A DNA stretch of 55,318 bases, the filler included, from Sphacelaria rigidula (Eukaryota): assembly GCA_964200075.2 (NCBI GenBank). It is 5 parts of 5 records of this genome, joined end to end, with 100 filler letters (N's around TTAATTAATTAA, not from the genome) between each part and the next. Parts side by side here need not be neighbours in the genome. Positions count along the whole stretch, not along the records: positions 22,170 to 33,152 come from CAXNAA020005577.1; positions 33,253 to 44,235 come from CAXNAA020005578.1; 3 more parts are not named here. One strand, given 5' to 3'. The position numbers and the translations under genes are program-made. The notes under the pieces were generated by a model that was not told the origin of the DNA, made no database searches, and saw only the letters and a list, made by a program, of their open reading frames with translations. Of the stretch, positions 24,911 through 37,002 are shown piece after piece (the first letter of the stretch is position 1; each line of letters starts with the position of its first letter).

Positions 24911-25063
24911 CTCTCGAGAGCGAAGTAGCTGGCCACCGATGCTGAGCTCCCTAACAGTGTTGTTTCCCTCGCGCAAGACCGCCGCGACGGCAGTGAACCC
25001 TCCCTCCGACATGTCGGTATTGCTCACCACCAGGCGCTCGATGGTGAAGTTGTCTGCCAACAT
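24911..25063 (-). CDS. LRRC34: LRRC34-like internal exon
   Basis: acgtag|MLADNFTIERLVVSNTDMSEGGFTAVAAVLREGNNTVRELSIGGQLLRSRE|gtggga; 153 nt, phase 0-0. Confidence 0.85.
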
Positions 25064-25784
25064 CTACGTGATGGCGAACATATGACTTGAGTCACGAAGG
25101 AATATCAGCTGAATTAACAGCAAGCTATAGGTTGACTGCACTTGTCAGCTTTTCTGGTATTATGCATGTAGGAGGAGGAATGTCGTGCGCGAAGTAGGGA
25201 ATTGCTTTCGGCTAGTGAAAACCACTCAACCTCCGGCATACCGCGTACACACACTTCCAACACGCCGAGCAACTCATGGACTACACATTATTTCAGGTTG
25301 CTGTTAAGACTTTGCCAGTGGCTGCATGAAAATGATCTTGAAACGTGTTTCATTGATGACATCAGATTACGGGTTGTCAACATTTACTTTACGTACCGCA
25401 AGGCATCTGACTCTAAAACATCTAACATGGATGACTCATTCAGTGAAGATGAGTCGACGAGTCATGTGTTCGCTACTGTAGATACAGCGTGGTGCTCCGT
25501 CCATCGTTTTCTTTTACTCTGTTGGAAATAAGGCGTTCGTGTCCCTGTTTTTTTTCGGGCTATTTCATGTGTGTCTTCAAAACCATATTTCTGTCGATGC
25601 AGTTATGGCTAGCCCATCTATGTTTTCAAAATTGCACATTTCTCCACTTTCAAAGTAGCGTTGTGGAGAATTCTGGCGGCGGCCACAACCGTATTATTTT
25701 GTTCTGGACTTTCCTCCGATCATGTTCGGTGTTCATTTCTGAATGCATAATGAGCAGAAATTAATTTTGACGCGAATACTTTGC

Positions 25785-26025
25785 CAACTTCGCCTCATGT
25801 AGCGGTTGTGCTTGACGTTCAGCGTATGCGTTGAAACTTGGGCGTTTTTTTTTCCTTAACGCATGTTTCAGTTTCGTTTTTCTTGGGTATGTCTGCCATG
25901 AGACCGGGGCTGGACCCCTTGGGGGTCAGTTAAAGTACGACAATCAATCAATCGAATCAACTTCATCAACTTCGCCTCATGTAGGAGTTGTGCTTGACGT
26001 TCAACGTATGCGTTGAAACTTGGGC
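25785..26025 (+). mobile_element. 5'-truncated RTE-like LINE 3' end (25844-25966) between 59-bp direct repeats
   Basis: Insert resembles 16150-16240 and ends in (TCAA)n; flanks 25785-25843 and 25967-26025 are nearly identical. Confidence 0.8.
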
Positions 26026-26641
26026 CTTAAGGATCCACCTTGCCAAGCCTCATCTAGAAAAATCCCAGCCCAGCTTCACGGGGTCCCCTGACGGAGTCCC
26101 CTGACTGCGTGTATCTCGAACCATGTGTGCAGCGAGTAGTTGCAATCTTTTTGTCGACCTGCTCATTGCCATGAGGTTCGTGAAAACTGTTTGTGCCCAG
26201 CGTCGTGTGCTACTGAACTCACTTGTGTCTTTTGAGAAAACACGCACGAGCGAAGCGAAGCCTTCAGACCACCCGCAACAAGGCTGCCCTCTGTTGCCCG
26301 CAATTTCAAGGCACGACAGAGCTGCTCTTTGTCTTCGTCGCACCGATTGCTCGGTGGAATGCGTTGCTTTGATATCGGCGAAGAGAACAGGGGAAGCAAG
26401 AAGTATACTGTAGAGCTAGAACTTTGATACGACGAAGTCATTCGCCCCTGATGGCATGGTGTTCGAGGGTGAGTCCCTGAAGCAAAAGCACGTTTGTTTA
26501 TTCAGGAAGAGTGGTGACGGTCCCCAAAAAAGTGCCTTTGTTACTCGAGTTTGACGGTAGTGACATGCATCTAACACCGAGAAACGAGAACATCTACCGG
26601 TGAGAAAACAATCGATTGGTTAACACGAATGCAGCCTGTAC

Positions 26642-26737
26642 CTGAGCGATAGCAAACCCCCCGTCGTTCCCCAAGGTATTCGAGCTTAGATCAAGCGATG
26701 TAAGCGTCGCGTTTTTCCGCAAACGTTCTGCTAGGAC
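26642..26737 (-). CDS. LRRC34: LRRC34-like internal exon
   Basis: ttacag|VLAERLRKNATLTSLDLSSNTLGNDGGFAIAQ|gtacag; 96 nt, phase 0-0. Confidence 0.87.
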
Positions 26738-27335
26738 CTGTAAATAATATTACGATGAGAAACGGCGAGAAAAGACAGCAACGAGGCGCGACTAGGATGT
26801 GACAGACTTCTGGCCGCAAGGTGGTCGAATGAGAGATACGACAGGGTTAAGGTCCTACATTCGAAGGAGAAATCCAGCATCGAGCAGATATAACGACTTT
26901 TCTCTGAGTTGCCAACGTCGTCAGGTACGAAGGGACACCGTCTCCGCGTGAGGTATATTGAGGTAGCCCAGGCGAAGTACGTATATATCATATATGTTCA
27001 TGATCTTCTCTGTTTTTTTGCTGAAGGGTGCGATTGTGTTGTTTGCCCGTCGCTGTTCTCTCCACAGTAGCAAGAGTATCTCGATGTCTTACTCATCGTG
27101 TACAACTATGATGCATCCAGGGAACAAACAGGCATCACTGACCTCGTGCAGCGAAGCGTGTCGTACGCAGTGATTCGCGTTTTGGCGCAATTGAACGGCG
27201 AAGAGATAACATCCCGATCGTCTCCAATAATCATCTTCGCCGGTCGGGCAGAGCTTGGGCAGAGTGTAAACCTGATCCATATACAAGGCGCGATAATTTG
27301 TCGAGGACGTGTTTCGACAACAATGACGAGCACAC

Positions 27336-27518
27336 CTTGCAGCCTTTGGGTCCGATGCTGTTCCCCCTTATGTCCAATGAAGCAAGCATACAGCGGTAGC
27401 CGGGTTCGTCGTCCAATAATCGCGCCAGTAATCCAACGCCAGCGTCTCCGATGTCGTTGCTTGCCATCGACACATTTCGCACCGCTATTCCAGAAGAAAC
27501 AAGCGCGCTGACGACTTC
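27336..27518 (-). CDS. LRRC34: LRRC34-like internal exon (most 5' exon recognised; start not located)
   Basis: gaacag|EVVSALVSSGIAVRNVSMASNDIGDAGVGLLARLL...LDIRGNSIGPKGCK|gtgtgc; 183 nt. Confidence 0.85.
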
Positions 27519-28606
27519 CTGTTCATTGCAGCGTCCCAATGTATGAGTGCCGACAAGACAGGGTCAGACCGACAAGGTGTTCCCCTATTCTTACCAGCTG
27601 TTCCGGCGCGGATTGAGAACGGCGACGTCCGCCACCGCACCGTGTATTCGGTATACTTTAGTCATGATCGCTTAGTCGCTGTGCTGGTCCATGTCATCGA
27701 GTTTGAAACACTGCTTCCTAGAGGTGCGACCACAGTATTTTATGCACTACTTGCAAACATCAAATGCTGAGGCACATGGAGGCAGCCAGGACAAGACATG
27801 CGACCGAGGGTGTGTGGTGAAGAAAGAGGTGGGAGGTTTTATGTCTGTGACAGAAGGTGTCCAGCACTACTACGAAGGGTAGCATGCGATTGCTCCCGAC
27901 GAAGCAGCCGAATAGAAAACTCCCCTAGCTCGGCTCTTGCGTACATAGTAGTGCAGAAGGGGCGAAACGAGCCATACTTACCAGCGGTTATTCATCTCGG
28001 GATAAGTGCTATTTTGTTCAACAAGATGGGTGGGGTACCTCGCAATGAGTATCCCTCAGAAGTAATGATCGTGCAAGGATAGCGCTATCGGGAATGCACG
28101 GGTGAGCTGTATAGCGAGTTCACGGTGCGTGCAGGGTGTGTAGCTGCAAATACTCTTGTTTGCGATGCGGCTCTTGTCTGTTGTTTGTGGTAAGACCGTT
28201 CTTACGAGTAACGATGAGGAAATAGTCATTCCCCTCAATTTTGCATGGTTCCCACACCCACATTCTTTCGTTTTTCCTTATCCGGAAACGTGCATGATTT
28301 GTTATCGTTTCGTTGTTCGTATCCATTCCCAATTTGGCGAGTGAGCATACAAGTCAGCACTGCTACAGCTTTCATGCAGTTTAGAGCACACACAGCCTCA
28401 AAGACTGCACACACCGTGGCTAGATTGCATGTGGATATGATTTCGTTATTCAGGAGGTGATCGCGGCGTTTCTCGGCCCTTTTGCTGCTGGCATAACATA
28501 TGTGGAATGTATGGCGTGGGCCCCAAACCGTTCAGCATCAAAATGTCATTTGCCCCCTTTTGCTGGAGGTGGAAAATGTAAACCTGGATATAACGTTCCC
28601 AAATCT

Positions 28607-29158
28607 AGTTAGGATAGAGGACGCTACTCCAGGCATTCTGAATTCCCGGGAGTTCTTCAGTACTCAGTATTCCGGAGTGCCTGAAGTACCAACTGCCGAG
28701 AACACGAGTACCCCGGAGTATCTGGAGTATCGGTTTCTGAATATACTGGGTATTCCAAGATATCTAGAGTATCTCCTGCCGAAGAAATTCAGGACTTCGG
28801 CGTACTGCAAGTATCGGCTGCCGAAAACGTTGAGTATTCCAGCGGTTGGGTCGTGGCTTCGAATCTCGGTGATATCACACGACCTGGGATTTTTCTCACC
28901 CCATGCCCAACAGTGGAGAGCCACTATGTCGTGGGTCCACAAAATTCGACTTCACGGTCGACGAGGGCAGGGGACCGCTGAACCCCTCGCGCGATAAAAA
29001 AACAAGGCAATCACCGCAGAAGGAAAATGTAGAAGTAAAGCTAAAGAAAAAAAGAAAAAAAGAAAACTCCTGTGCTGACCTTCCTCCTGTGTGACCCCGG
29101 CTGATCCACCCACATACACCAAAAGGTGTAGACTGGCGTTCAGAATAGATGGGATGAC

Positions 29159-29218
<60 letters not shown>

Positions 29219-30091
29219 CACATTCCCGAGAACCTGGAGCATCGCACTGCGCATTCTGGAGTTCTGTGGAGTATTCACAAGCTAATTCTGGAGACAAGGC
29301 TGAGCTGGGTACGGAGCAGTGCATACACCGTAGGTTGTGTGGGTGCACGTCGACGTCGTTACCGCCAGGGTGATGGCGCGTGCGTTACAGCCCACAGCGC
29401 GAATGCCCAATATTTTTACTTTCGAGCAACAACCGCGCCAAAACCCACTCCGAACTCCAGACTTCTCTCACGCATCACCCCATCAACAAATCCACGGTGC
29501 AGGAGTACAACAGTGTAGCAACGTTCAGCAGCGTTACACGCAAAATCGTGCAGACCACAGTAGTAGACGTCCCGTGCAGAGGATGTCACACGGCAACAAC
29601 CCAGTCGAAGGCTTGAAATATTCCCAGCATGAAGTACGATACTCCAGGCAATCCGACTCTTCAGAGTCCTTGCATAATTCAGTACTCCCAGAGTACCTGG
29701 GGGATCCACTGCCGAAAGCGAGGATATTAGGGTAGCTGTAGTATCGGTTGCCGAATCCACAGAGCATCCATGAGTGCTCAGGGTGTCGACTGCTGACAAT
29801 ACTCAGTCGCCCGCAGTACGTGGAGTATCGACTGCCGACAATACTGGGTACTCCAGAGCACCTCGGGTATTGACTGCCGAAAATCCTGGGTATTCCGGAG
29901 CACCCAGTAAATGGATTGTCGAAAACAACGGGTATTATTGAGTACCTGACGCCTGCCGAATATATTGATGGTAAAAAATACCGAGTATTCCGAAGTATCT
30001 GGAGCATTCTCTGCTGGAAATGCTGAAGATACCCGAGTACCTAAAGTATCTGCACCTCCAAATACTTGAGCGTGTACTCTACCCCATTCTA
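28607..30091. mobile_element. Non-autonomous TIR element with arrays of GAGTAYC/CTGCCGA subrepeats and a nested SINE
   Basis: Many ~30-40-bp imperfect units at 28620-28840 and 29610-30070; weak TIR TAGTTAGGATAGAG / CTCTACCCCATTCTA. Confidence 0.5.
28843..29222 (+). mobile_element. tRNA-derived SINE, 5'-truncated, with a (CA)n tail at 29158-29222
   Basis: Body matches the other three copies; ends in a ~65-bp CA microsatellite. Confidence 0.8.
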
Positions 30092-30729
30092 AGCATCTTT
30101 GAAGGTTTCCGCAAGTTCGTCCTAGTTGAGAACGGCCCTTAGCCTCTGGGGTGCGTAGTCTTCAGCGACACAGGACAGTAGTAGAATAACGTGAAGTATA
30201 TGCACAACGGCAAGGGTTTGGGCACCCGAACAAAACGCTCTATTACAGTTGCAGGCGTAAGTCTCCGAAGCATCAAAATGCAATTCATATGAAACGTTTG
30301 AGTTTATCCAAAAGGTGACCACACTTCATTCTTGTGCGAGCAAGTGTGATTCTCACCGTTGAGTAGCAGCTGTCAGTTACTGTACTGTACGCATGTAGTA
30401 AAGGAAGAGCGAAAGTAGTGATGAGTGATTGTTGCAAAAAGTCTTCCACCAAAACGATCACATTTGATTAAAGAGTTATCCCAACACACTCAGTACCATC
30501 ATTTTCATCGAAAGCAACGCAAAACATACCGTCGGCCTAGAACACGCCACTGCAGGCAACCGCGATATACTTGGGTAATGTATGTTCATTTCTGGCAAAA
30601 TAACCACGTCTTTCATGTTTAGGAGGGGGCGTCAATCAGAGTTTAAAACATGGAATTTGGTCGGTGTGGGGAGAGGAGGGGGAGGGGGGGGGGGAAGGTG
30701 TACTCATGATCATGCATGCCATAATCATA

Positions 30730-31450
30730 CAGGCTGGTTCACGGAAAATCCCCCAAAAACACTCATCGGCGAAACTTCACGCCGTTTCAAGGAGTTAGAC
30801 CCTGAAATTTTGCACAGGTGTCTTATGGGTCATTACACAACTTTGCAAGGACGAGTTATTTTTGACTTTTTGACTTTTTCACCGTTTTCCGGGGTCCCAG
30901 TTTTGTCGGAAAAACTTCGATCCAGTCGGACCCCCGTGAAACGGTAAAAAATAAAAATAAAAACTCGTTCTTGCAAAGTTGCGTAATGACCCATAGAACA
31001 CCTGTGCAATATTTTAGGGTCTAACTCCTTAAAACGGCGTTAAGTTTTTCGCGTTTGTGCGATGAACCTTGCCGTGCCACGGTGAAACGGCAAACAACTA
31101 GATTTTGGTATGAAAATGGCGTTTCAGGGTCTTTTTCGACGTGAACATGAAAATTCAAGCACCAGTTAATCGATTTTGGCAACGAAACTTTGTGAGGTTC
31201 TTCCTTGGGTGTGCGGCGGCAGAGCGTTCGCGGAAAAAATGAAAAAAATACTTTCGTGCCGGTTTTCCGGGGTCCCAGAACGGAAGACTTCGAAAAAACG
31301 ACTTGGATTCTATCACCCCCCCGAAAAACGGTGAAAAAATCAAGAATTAGAAAAACGTCGTTGTTCGAAACTTGCGAAATCATTCATAGCACATTTGTGC
31401 AAAGTTTCAGGGTCTAACTCCTAATAAATGCGTGAAGATTTGCGCGTTTG
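30730..31450. mobile_element. Tc1/mariner-like non-autonomous element with internal inverted and direct repeats (right end not defined)
   Basis: Starts TA|CAGG; 30770-30895 is inverted relative to 30931-31050, with a third copy at ~31315-31445. Confidence 0.5.
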
Positions 31451-33152
31451 GGCGAGGATGTGAGCTTGAAACGTGCAAACTCCTAAGTGCTTGGTTTGAG
31501 TATGAAAACATCTTTTAGGGTGAATTTTACGTCAAGGCAGAAAAATTGTATGACATTTTCGAGTTTCTCCACCAAACTTCGTACATGTCTTCCTTGGACC
31601 ATCCTGGGACGCATCATGTTATTATTTTTCTTTTGAGTCATTCTGTACCGCCTTTCGGAGGTCTTTCTACTGAGACCCCCGGAAGCCGGTAGAGAACGGG
31701 GAAACTTTGAACCCTTGGCAAGAACACAATTTTCCCATTTGGAGCATCAATACGCACGGAGCTGCCAAGTTTGAGGATGATCTGAGCTTTTTTACAACAC
31801 ATATAAGGGAAATCGTCACGAGGCACCCTGGGTCTTTCCTGCGTATTATGAGTGGAAATTAGACGACGCCAAACTCTACATCATCGAAACATTACGGTTT
31901 CGGGTATAATTCGACCCCGTTGGAACCGTTTTCAAATCCCATTTTCCCATTAGATTCTTGAGGTGATGGCGGTCACTACGACAGTGTTGCGCCGAAAGAA
32001 AAAAAAATCTCGACTACCTGAAAACCCGCATACAAGAGTCATAGTATAAGACTTCAGGTGGGACCAGCCGCAAAGTAGGTGTACTTCACACGGCCGTGGA
32101 GCTCCACACCAAGGAGTGCAGGTCCGACACGCGACACCACTGCGAAGCTTTGAACAAGGCAAGAGCGTCGGTGCTGGTTTATGACTGAAAAGGTGACGTT
32201 TAAGTGACAAATTACCGCATTGGGTGGTAAGAACACTGTTGCTGTGCACCCTAACCTGGGGAGGGAAGGTTAGTTCGATGTGTGGCGACCACGCAGGTCC
32301 AACCGGGTCTGCAGCACGGAGACGGTGTTGTGCATCATGTATAGATTCCATGGGGAAAAGAATCACGTGAAATCGTTCAGTGCACAAGGTGAGCGACACG
32401 ATTGTCCGCAGGCACCCCTGGTGGTGAGGTTGGACCGTGTGAAGTTTGATATTTGCAGCAGTTTCTTCATAAATTCCAGTATAAACACTGCCATGCACCG
32501 CCGCTCACTTTTGTATTTACTGTACTGTATTTGATGTACATGAATTTATTGTGCTGTGTTTGAAGTAGAGTACAGTACAGCAGGTGTTGTGAGTGTCAGT
32601 ATACAATAAGGGGTTACGTCGCGTGCTGCTGGCTACAATGCTGTACACTGTTCTGGACATGGATACGTTCAGGGCACGTTCATTGACCCGCAGGAAAAGG
32701 GACCACGCACCCCGGCCACTGCAAGTGTAGGAAAAGCACTGTATTGGGGTCGAATACCCTGTTCGTGGAGACCTAATTGTATATATTTATCTGTTTAATA
32801 TTCAACGGGGGTGCCCCGCCCCCTTCCTCGCGGAGCACGCCATTAACGAACGATGGTTCAGGCCCTATGTTATCGCCACGCTGTTATTCTCAGGTACAAA
32901 CACGTCGCCTCTATTACCCCCCAATGAATGACTTCGTTCCTGTGTCGTGAATGTGTGGGTTATGGCGGATACCAAACACGGTGACTGCCCATATGTGTAA
33001 GCAGCTGAGCTGCAGAGACAGATCGGCAGCACATGGGTGATGGTGATCGCGGCCTCGATCGCGTAATCATGTCTGCCTTCCTCATTGCTGCGTGTTTGTC
33101 GCAGCTCTGGGATCATGGACACGCGCCGCGGGGATACCACGGCGATAGACCA

Positions 33153-33252
33153 NNNNNNNNNNNNNNNNNNNNNNNNNNNNNNNNNNNNNNNNNNNNTTAA
33201 TTAATTAANNNNNNNNNNNNNNNNNNNNNNNNNNNNNNNNNNNNNNNNNNNN
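33153..33252. other. Artificial contig linker
   Basis: N44-TTAATTAATTAA-N44. Confidence 0.98.
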
Positions 33253-33345
33253 GGGGGCGTACTCATTTGTTGCTTGCCTTAGTCGTTTGACCATTGACCA
33301 CGCATTCCTTTCGAGACGGAGCACAGAGCACGGAGCACACTCTGC
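33253..33345 (-). mobile_element. Poly-G-associated retroposon at contig start
   Basis: Nearly identical to 35438-35505. Confidence 0.75.
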
Positions 33346-34534
33346 AGGAGGGGAGGGGAAATAGGCAGTGTTCCGCAGTACTTTCCGAGGAGTGAAGTTG
33401 TAGTTTCTCGACGACGCAAACGTCTCTTTTTCTTGGAACGAGTGCCGTTAGAAATTAGACAAGAGCTCAGCACGGGTGATGTAGAAGCAGATTTGACACC
33501 TTATGAAGTCTTCGTCATTATCCCCCGCTGACAGGTCGAAGAGGGGGTTTGAGGTAGGGGGGGGGCTCTGCATTCGTAGTAAGGGTGATAACTGTTCTGG
33601 TCCGCTTTGACTAGGGTCTCAACGCAGTTGCGGTCGTCGGCGTGAGCGTATTCCCTGTCTTAACCGCCAGTGGGATCGGTCATGCGGCGTTACGGAGTGC
33701 TAACGCCGATGTCCTCGCCACACGCAAGGCAGAGAAAGGGAACCTGCTTATTGGGGCCCTTCGCCACTGGATCCGTTCCCTGGGATACAGAGACATGGGT
33801 GATGCACACGGAGAAGCTGCTGATATCGAAAGAATCGGGGGAAGGACGGAGGGGCGGTTGCGGAAAGTGCAGCGAGGAAAGTACGGAAGGAAACATACTT
33901 GAACCGTGAGCGAGTGCGTAACCAACGGGTGTTGGAAGCGATGATGTCAAGTGGTTGAAAAAGCAAGAAGTTGGATAATGAGTTGCTTTCGTTAGTCAGG
34001 TTACGAGCTGAGTTAGTCTGAAGCATTTCTGGGCGGTTGATCACCGTTGCACGGCCTGTCGAGGAGTCGAAAGCTGAAAATTGAGGGGTACTCCTTGATA
34101 ACCTTACCGTGATAAAACCACCGGCCTGCTCGTAATTGTGGCATTTTGTACAAGCATATTTCGAGGGTAGGACCGAGGCGAACAAGCAATCATAATATGT
34201 AGAAGTGCGTTGTATTACGTAAACACAGAAACGGGGGGAGATGCTCTTCTAGCGAACCGTCCTCCTTGTGTGTTGAATCGTGGGCTGAATTTGGACGGTG
34301 TCACCTCGTATGGGAAAGTACACCGAACACATTCATCAATTGGGCTGGGAAGTGGACCAGTTAATAATACTGTCTATTTCCACTGGAACTGGAGGTGAAC
34401 CGGAAATGGCCACGACAGCGCCAGTTGTTCAGTTTGTTTGGGGTTTTGTCGTGACCGGGTACTTTTATGATAGTTTTATTATAGTGAGTTTATAACAAAG
34501 AAACACTGTATACTGTATATAATTAGACTGCACG

Positions 34535-34787
34535 ATTGACACTTTCTACGATAGCCCCTCCGAAAAAGTGCATGGTTTCGGGAGGCAAAAGCTTCACGTA
34601 AATCGAAATGGGAAACGCCGAGCACAACGAGGAGCTGGGAATTCCCACGCTTGGGTTCGTTCTAGCAAATGTCGCCCATATGAGGCGCTTCATGCAGCCT
34701 GGAGCCGAACATGAGGCGCTTTATGGCCATTTGTTTCGTGACACTTTTGGCTGGTTTTGGGGGTGGGCTATCGTAGAAAGTGTCAAT
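34535..34787. mobile_element. MITE with perfect 23-bp inverted termini
   Basis: ATTGACACTTTCTACGATAGCCC / GGGCTATCGTAGAAAGTGTCAAT. Confidence 0.8.
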
Positions 34788-35423
34788 TGAAGTTTGCACT
34801 CTACAGTAATACAGGTGCCTCAAACTTCGTTGGTACCTTGTTGTTCTGCAGTTTTCCATGTACCGACCGTAGCGGGTGGGTCGACGGTTGATCAGTCCAA
34901 TGAGGGAAATGAAGAAATCAAGAAGAAGTGTGACCTATTTATGGTGAGACGCTTGATGCGGAAGTGCCGAACGCCAAACCCCAATCGCCAACTGTATGGT
35001 GAAGAGCGTTCTGGACATGATGCAGTACATGCACACTACACCTGGAGGTGATTCAGCAGATATACCTTATCCGAAAATAAAATAACAAACAGTAAACCGC
35101 GATCACGAAATACACAAACATTCTACTCAAAGACAGGCGTGATTTTCGGGCTGGACGTGGAGAATTTGCGCTCTCGTCCCCAGGTGGGCTTACTTGCTCC
35201 CATCCTCCGCTCCTCACGGAGAGTCTCCGCTGCTGCATACTACAAATTGATGATTTTCGAATCGCTCTAGACACGTTGAATGACATTTTCGAGCAGTACA
35301 AGCCTCTTAGCTGGTGAATGTAAGTGGTGACATTTTTTACACTATTCACGATTTTTGAAGGAGAGGTAAGTCAAACACAGTGTTTTGTTTTTGCCTCGGG
35401 TGGCGCTCCCGCGAGCCCCCGCT

Positions 35424-35529
35424 CACCAGCCGGGGGGGGGGCGTACTCATTTGTTGCTTGCCTTAGTCGTTTGACCATTGACCACGCATCCCTTTCGAGA
35501 CGGAGGAGCACCAGCCGGGGGGGGGGGCG
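35424..35529 (-). mobile_element. Poly-G-associated retroposon, 65-bp insert with ~20-bp TSD
   Basis: CACCAGCC-G10-CG and CACCAGCC-G11-CG flank the family core. Confidence 0.8.
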
Positions 35530-35639
35530 ATTAAGCGGGAAAACCATCGATGTACTGGCCACTGGCGCGGCCAGTTTAAACCTAACTGACCAGAGCTGCT
35601 AGTTCACAGCCCTAGAAACAATGCTGTTTTTTGCAGGAT

Positions 35640-36200
35640 TAGGGTATATTGGGTAGGGTATGAGAGTCTTTACAGAACTAACAGGACTAACGGGTACCGG
35701 CATGAAATTTGCACAGGGCTTACAGAACCTATCGGGTAGGTATAGGAGGCTTACGGAGAATCCAGAACTTGTCCGGTGAGGAATGAAGATTGCATAGAAA
35801 ATCGAACCCGCACCCGGGTACTTTCGCGAGAGTATGCTCTAACCCGGGTAGGGGTAGACCATGTGTACAGAAAATACAAACCTGTCGGGTAAGGGTATAT
35901 AGGGGGGTACAACAGCATGGAAAAGTCGTGGACCGGTATGAAAGTCCTACAGAAATCACAGACCGATCGAGTAGGAGAATGAAAGTGTTACTGAAGTCAC
36001 AGACCTATCGAGAAGGGAGATTAAAAATTCTCACAGAATTCACAGAAATATCGGGTAGGGCAATGAAAGTCTTACAGAAGCTACAAAAGTGTCGGGTACC
36101 GGTATGAAAGTCCTACAGAAGTCACAGAACTGTCGGGTAGGGATAATACCCGGCAAGATACCCCGGGCATACAACAAACCGTATCCTATACAACACAGGG
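35640..36200. repeat. Imperfect ~40-bp tandem array (GTCGGGTA..GTATGAAAGTC.TACAGAA..CACAGAAC), probable MITE interior; a related patch at ~36560-36710
   Basis: Recurring TCGGGTA, ATGAAAGT and ACAGAA motifs at regular spacing. Confidence 0.7.
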
Positions 36201-36715
36201 TTCGATAACACCACCATCAATTTCGATGACCTGCACCTTGCTACTTAATACCGCTGCTGACTCAAATGAAGCGCCCCCACTCGATCCACCACTCGTGTCT
36301 AGGAATGATTCACCTCGACGGTCTGCATTGCTTTCCATGTTCCGCTTTCCCACTCAACGGTACCCCATAACCCGTCAGTGTGTGAAACTTGAAAAAATAT
36401 TTCGCTGGGTGTACTGTTTTGAGTTAACGAGGGGGGGTTTCATCGATGGGGGCTATGGAGAAAATGCAATTTATCAGACTGCGTAGGGATTGGATCAACG
36501 TCCATACCTCCCCCGGATTTATACCTGTATACTCTGCCTGCATCGAATTTAAACACAAGAGTGTACCCTGACCCCGGGTTGAGGTTATGGGAGACTTACA
36601 GACCTTACAGAATTGTCGACCAAGGGTGTGGTGGACTTACAGAACTTACAAAACTGTCCGGTACCGGAATGAAACTTTCACAGGGGTGGCAGGATTGAGG
36701 AACTCACAGCAGTAG

Positions 36716-36988
36716 CCGTTTGCCCCGGTGGCTCAGATGGTAAGCTCGAAACCTTCTGATGAGTGGGACGTGGATTCGAATCTCGGGAAGACCTGGGATT
36801 TTCTCCCACACCATGCCCAACAGTGGAGAGGGACTATGTCGTGCGTACACAAATTTCGACTTGACGGTCGACGAGGGGAGGGACCGCTGAATCCTTCTCT
36901 CGGTAAAAAGAAAGGCACCGCCAAAAAAAAGGTGGAGTATTCAAAATAAATGAAAAAAAAAGCTCCTGCGTTAGCCTTCCTCTGTGCG
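36716..36988 (+). mobile_element. tRNA-derived SINE
   Basis: GCCCCGGTGGCTCAGATGG...GGATTCGAATCTC head plus the shared body. Confidence 0.8.
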
Positions 36989-37002
36989 GAAAAAGTATAT
37001 TT

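Noticed and set aside
28620-30070. CRISPR-like appearance of regularly spaced GAGTAYC/CTGCCGA units (also 35640-36200)
   Set aside because: Units are degenerate, have no unique spacers of constant length, there are no cas genes, and the context is eukaryotic; better explained as MITE subterminal arrays.
33642-33909. Possible copia GAG-pre-integrase motif (RHWIRSLGY...CGKC)
   Set aside because: Similarity too weak and no adjacent integrase core recognised.
36722-36790. tRNA gene-like sequence (also 16880-16945 and 20668-20735)
   Set aside because: A/B boxes are present but there is no convincing cloverleaf, and each continues into the same repeat body: these are SINE heads.
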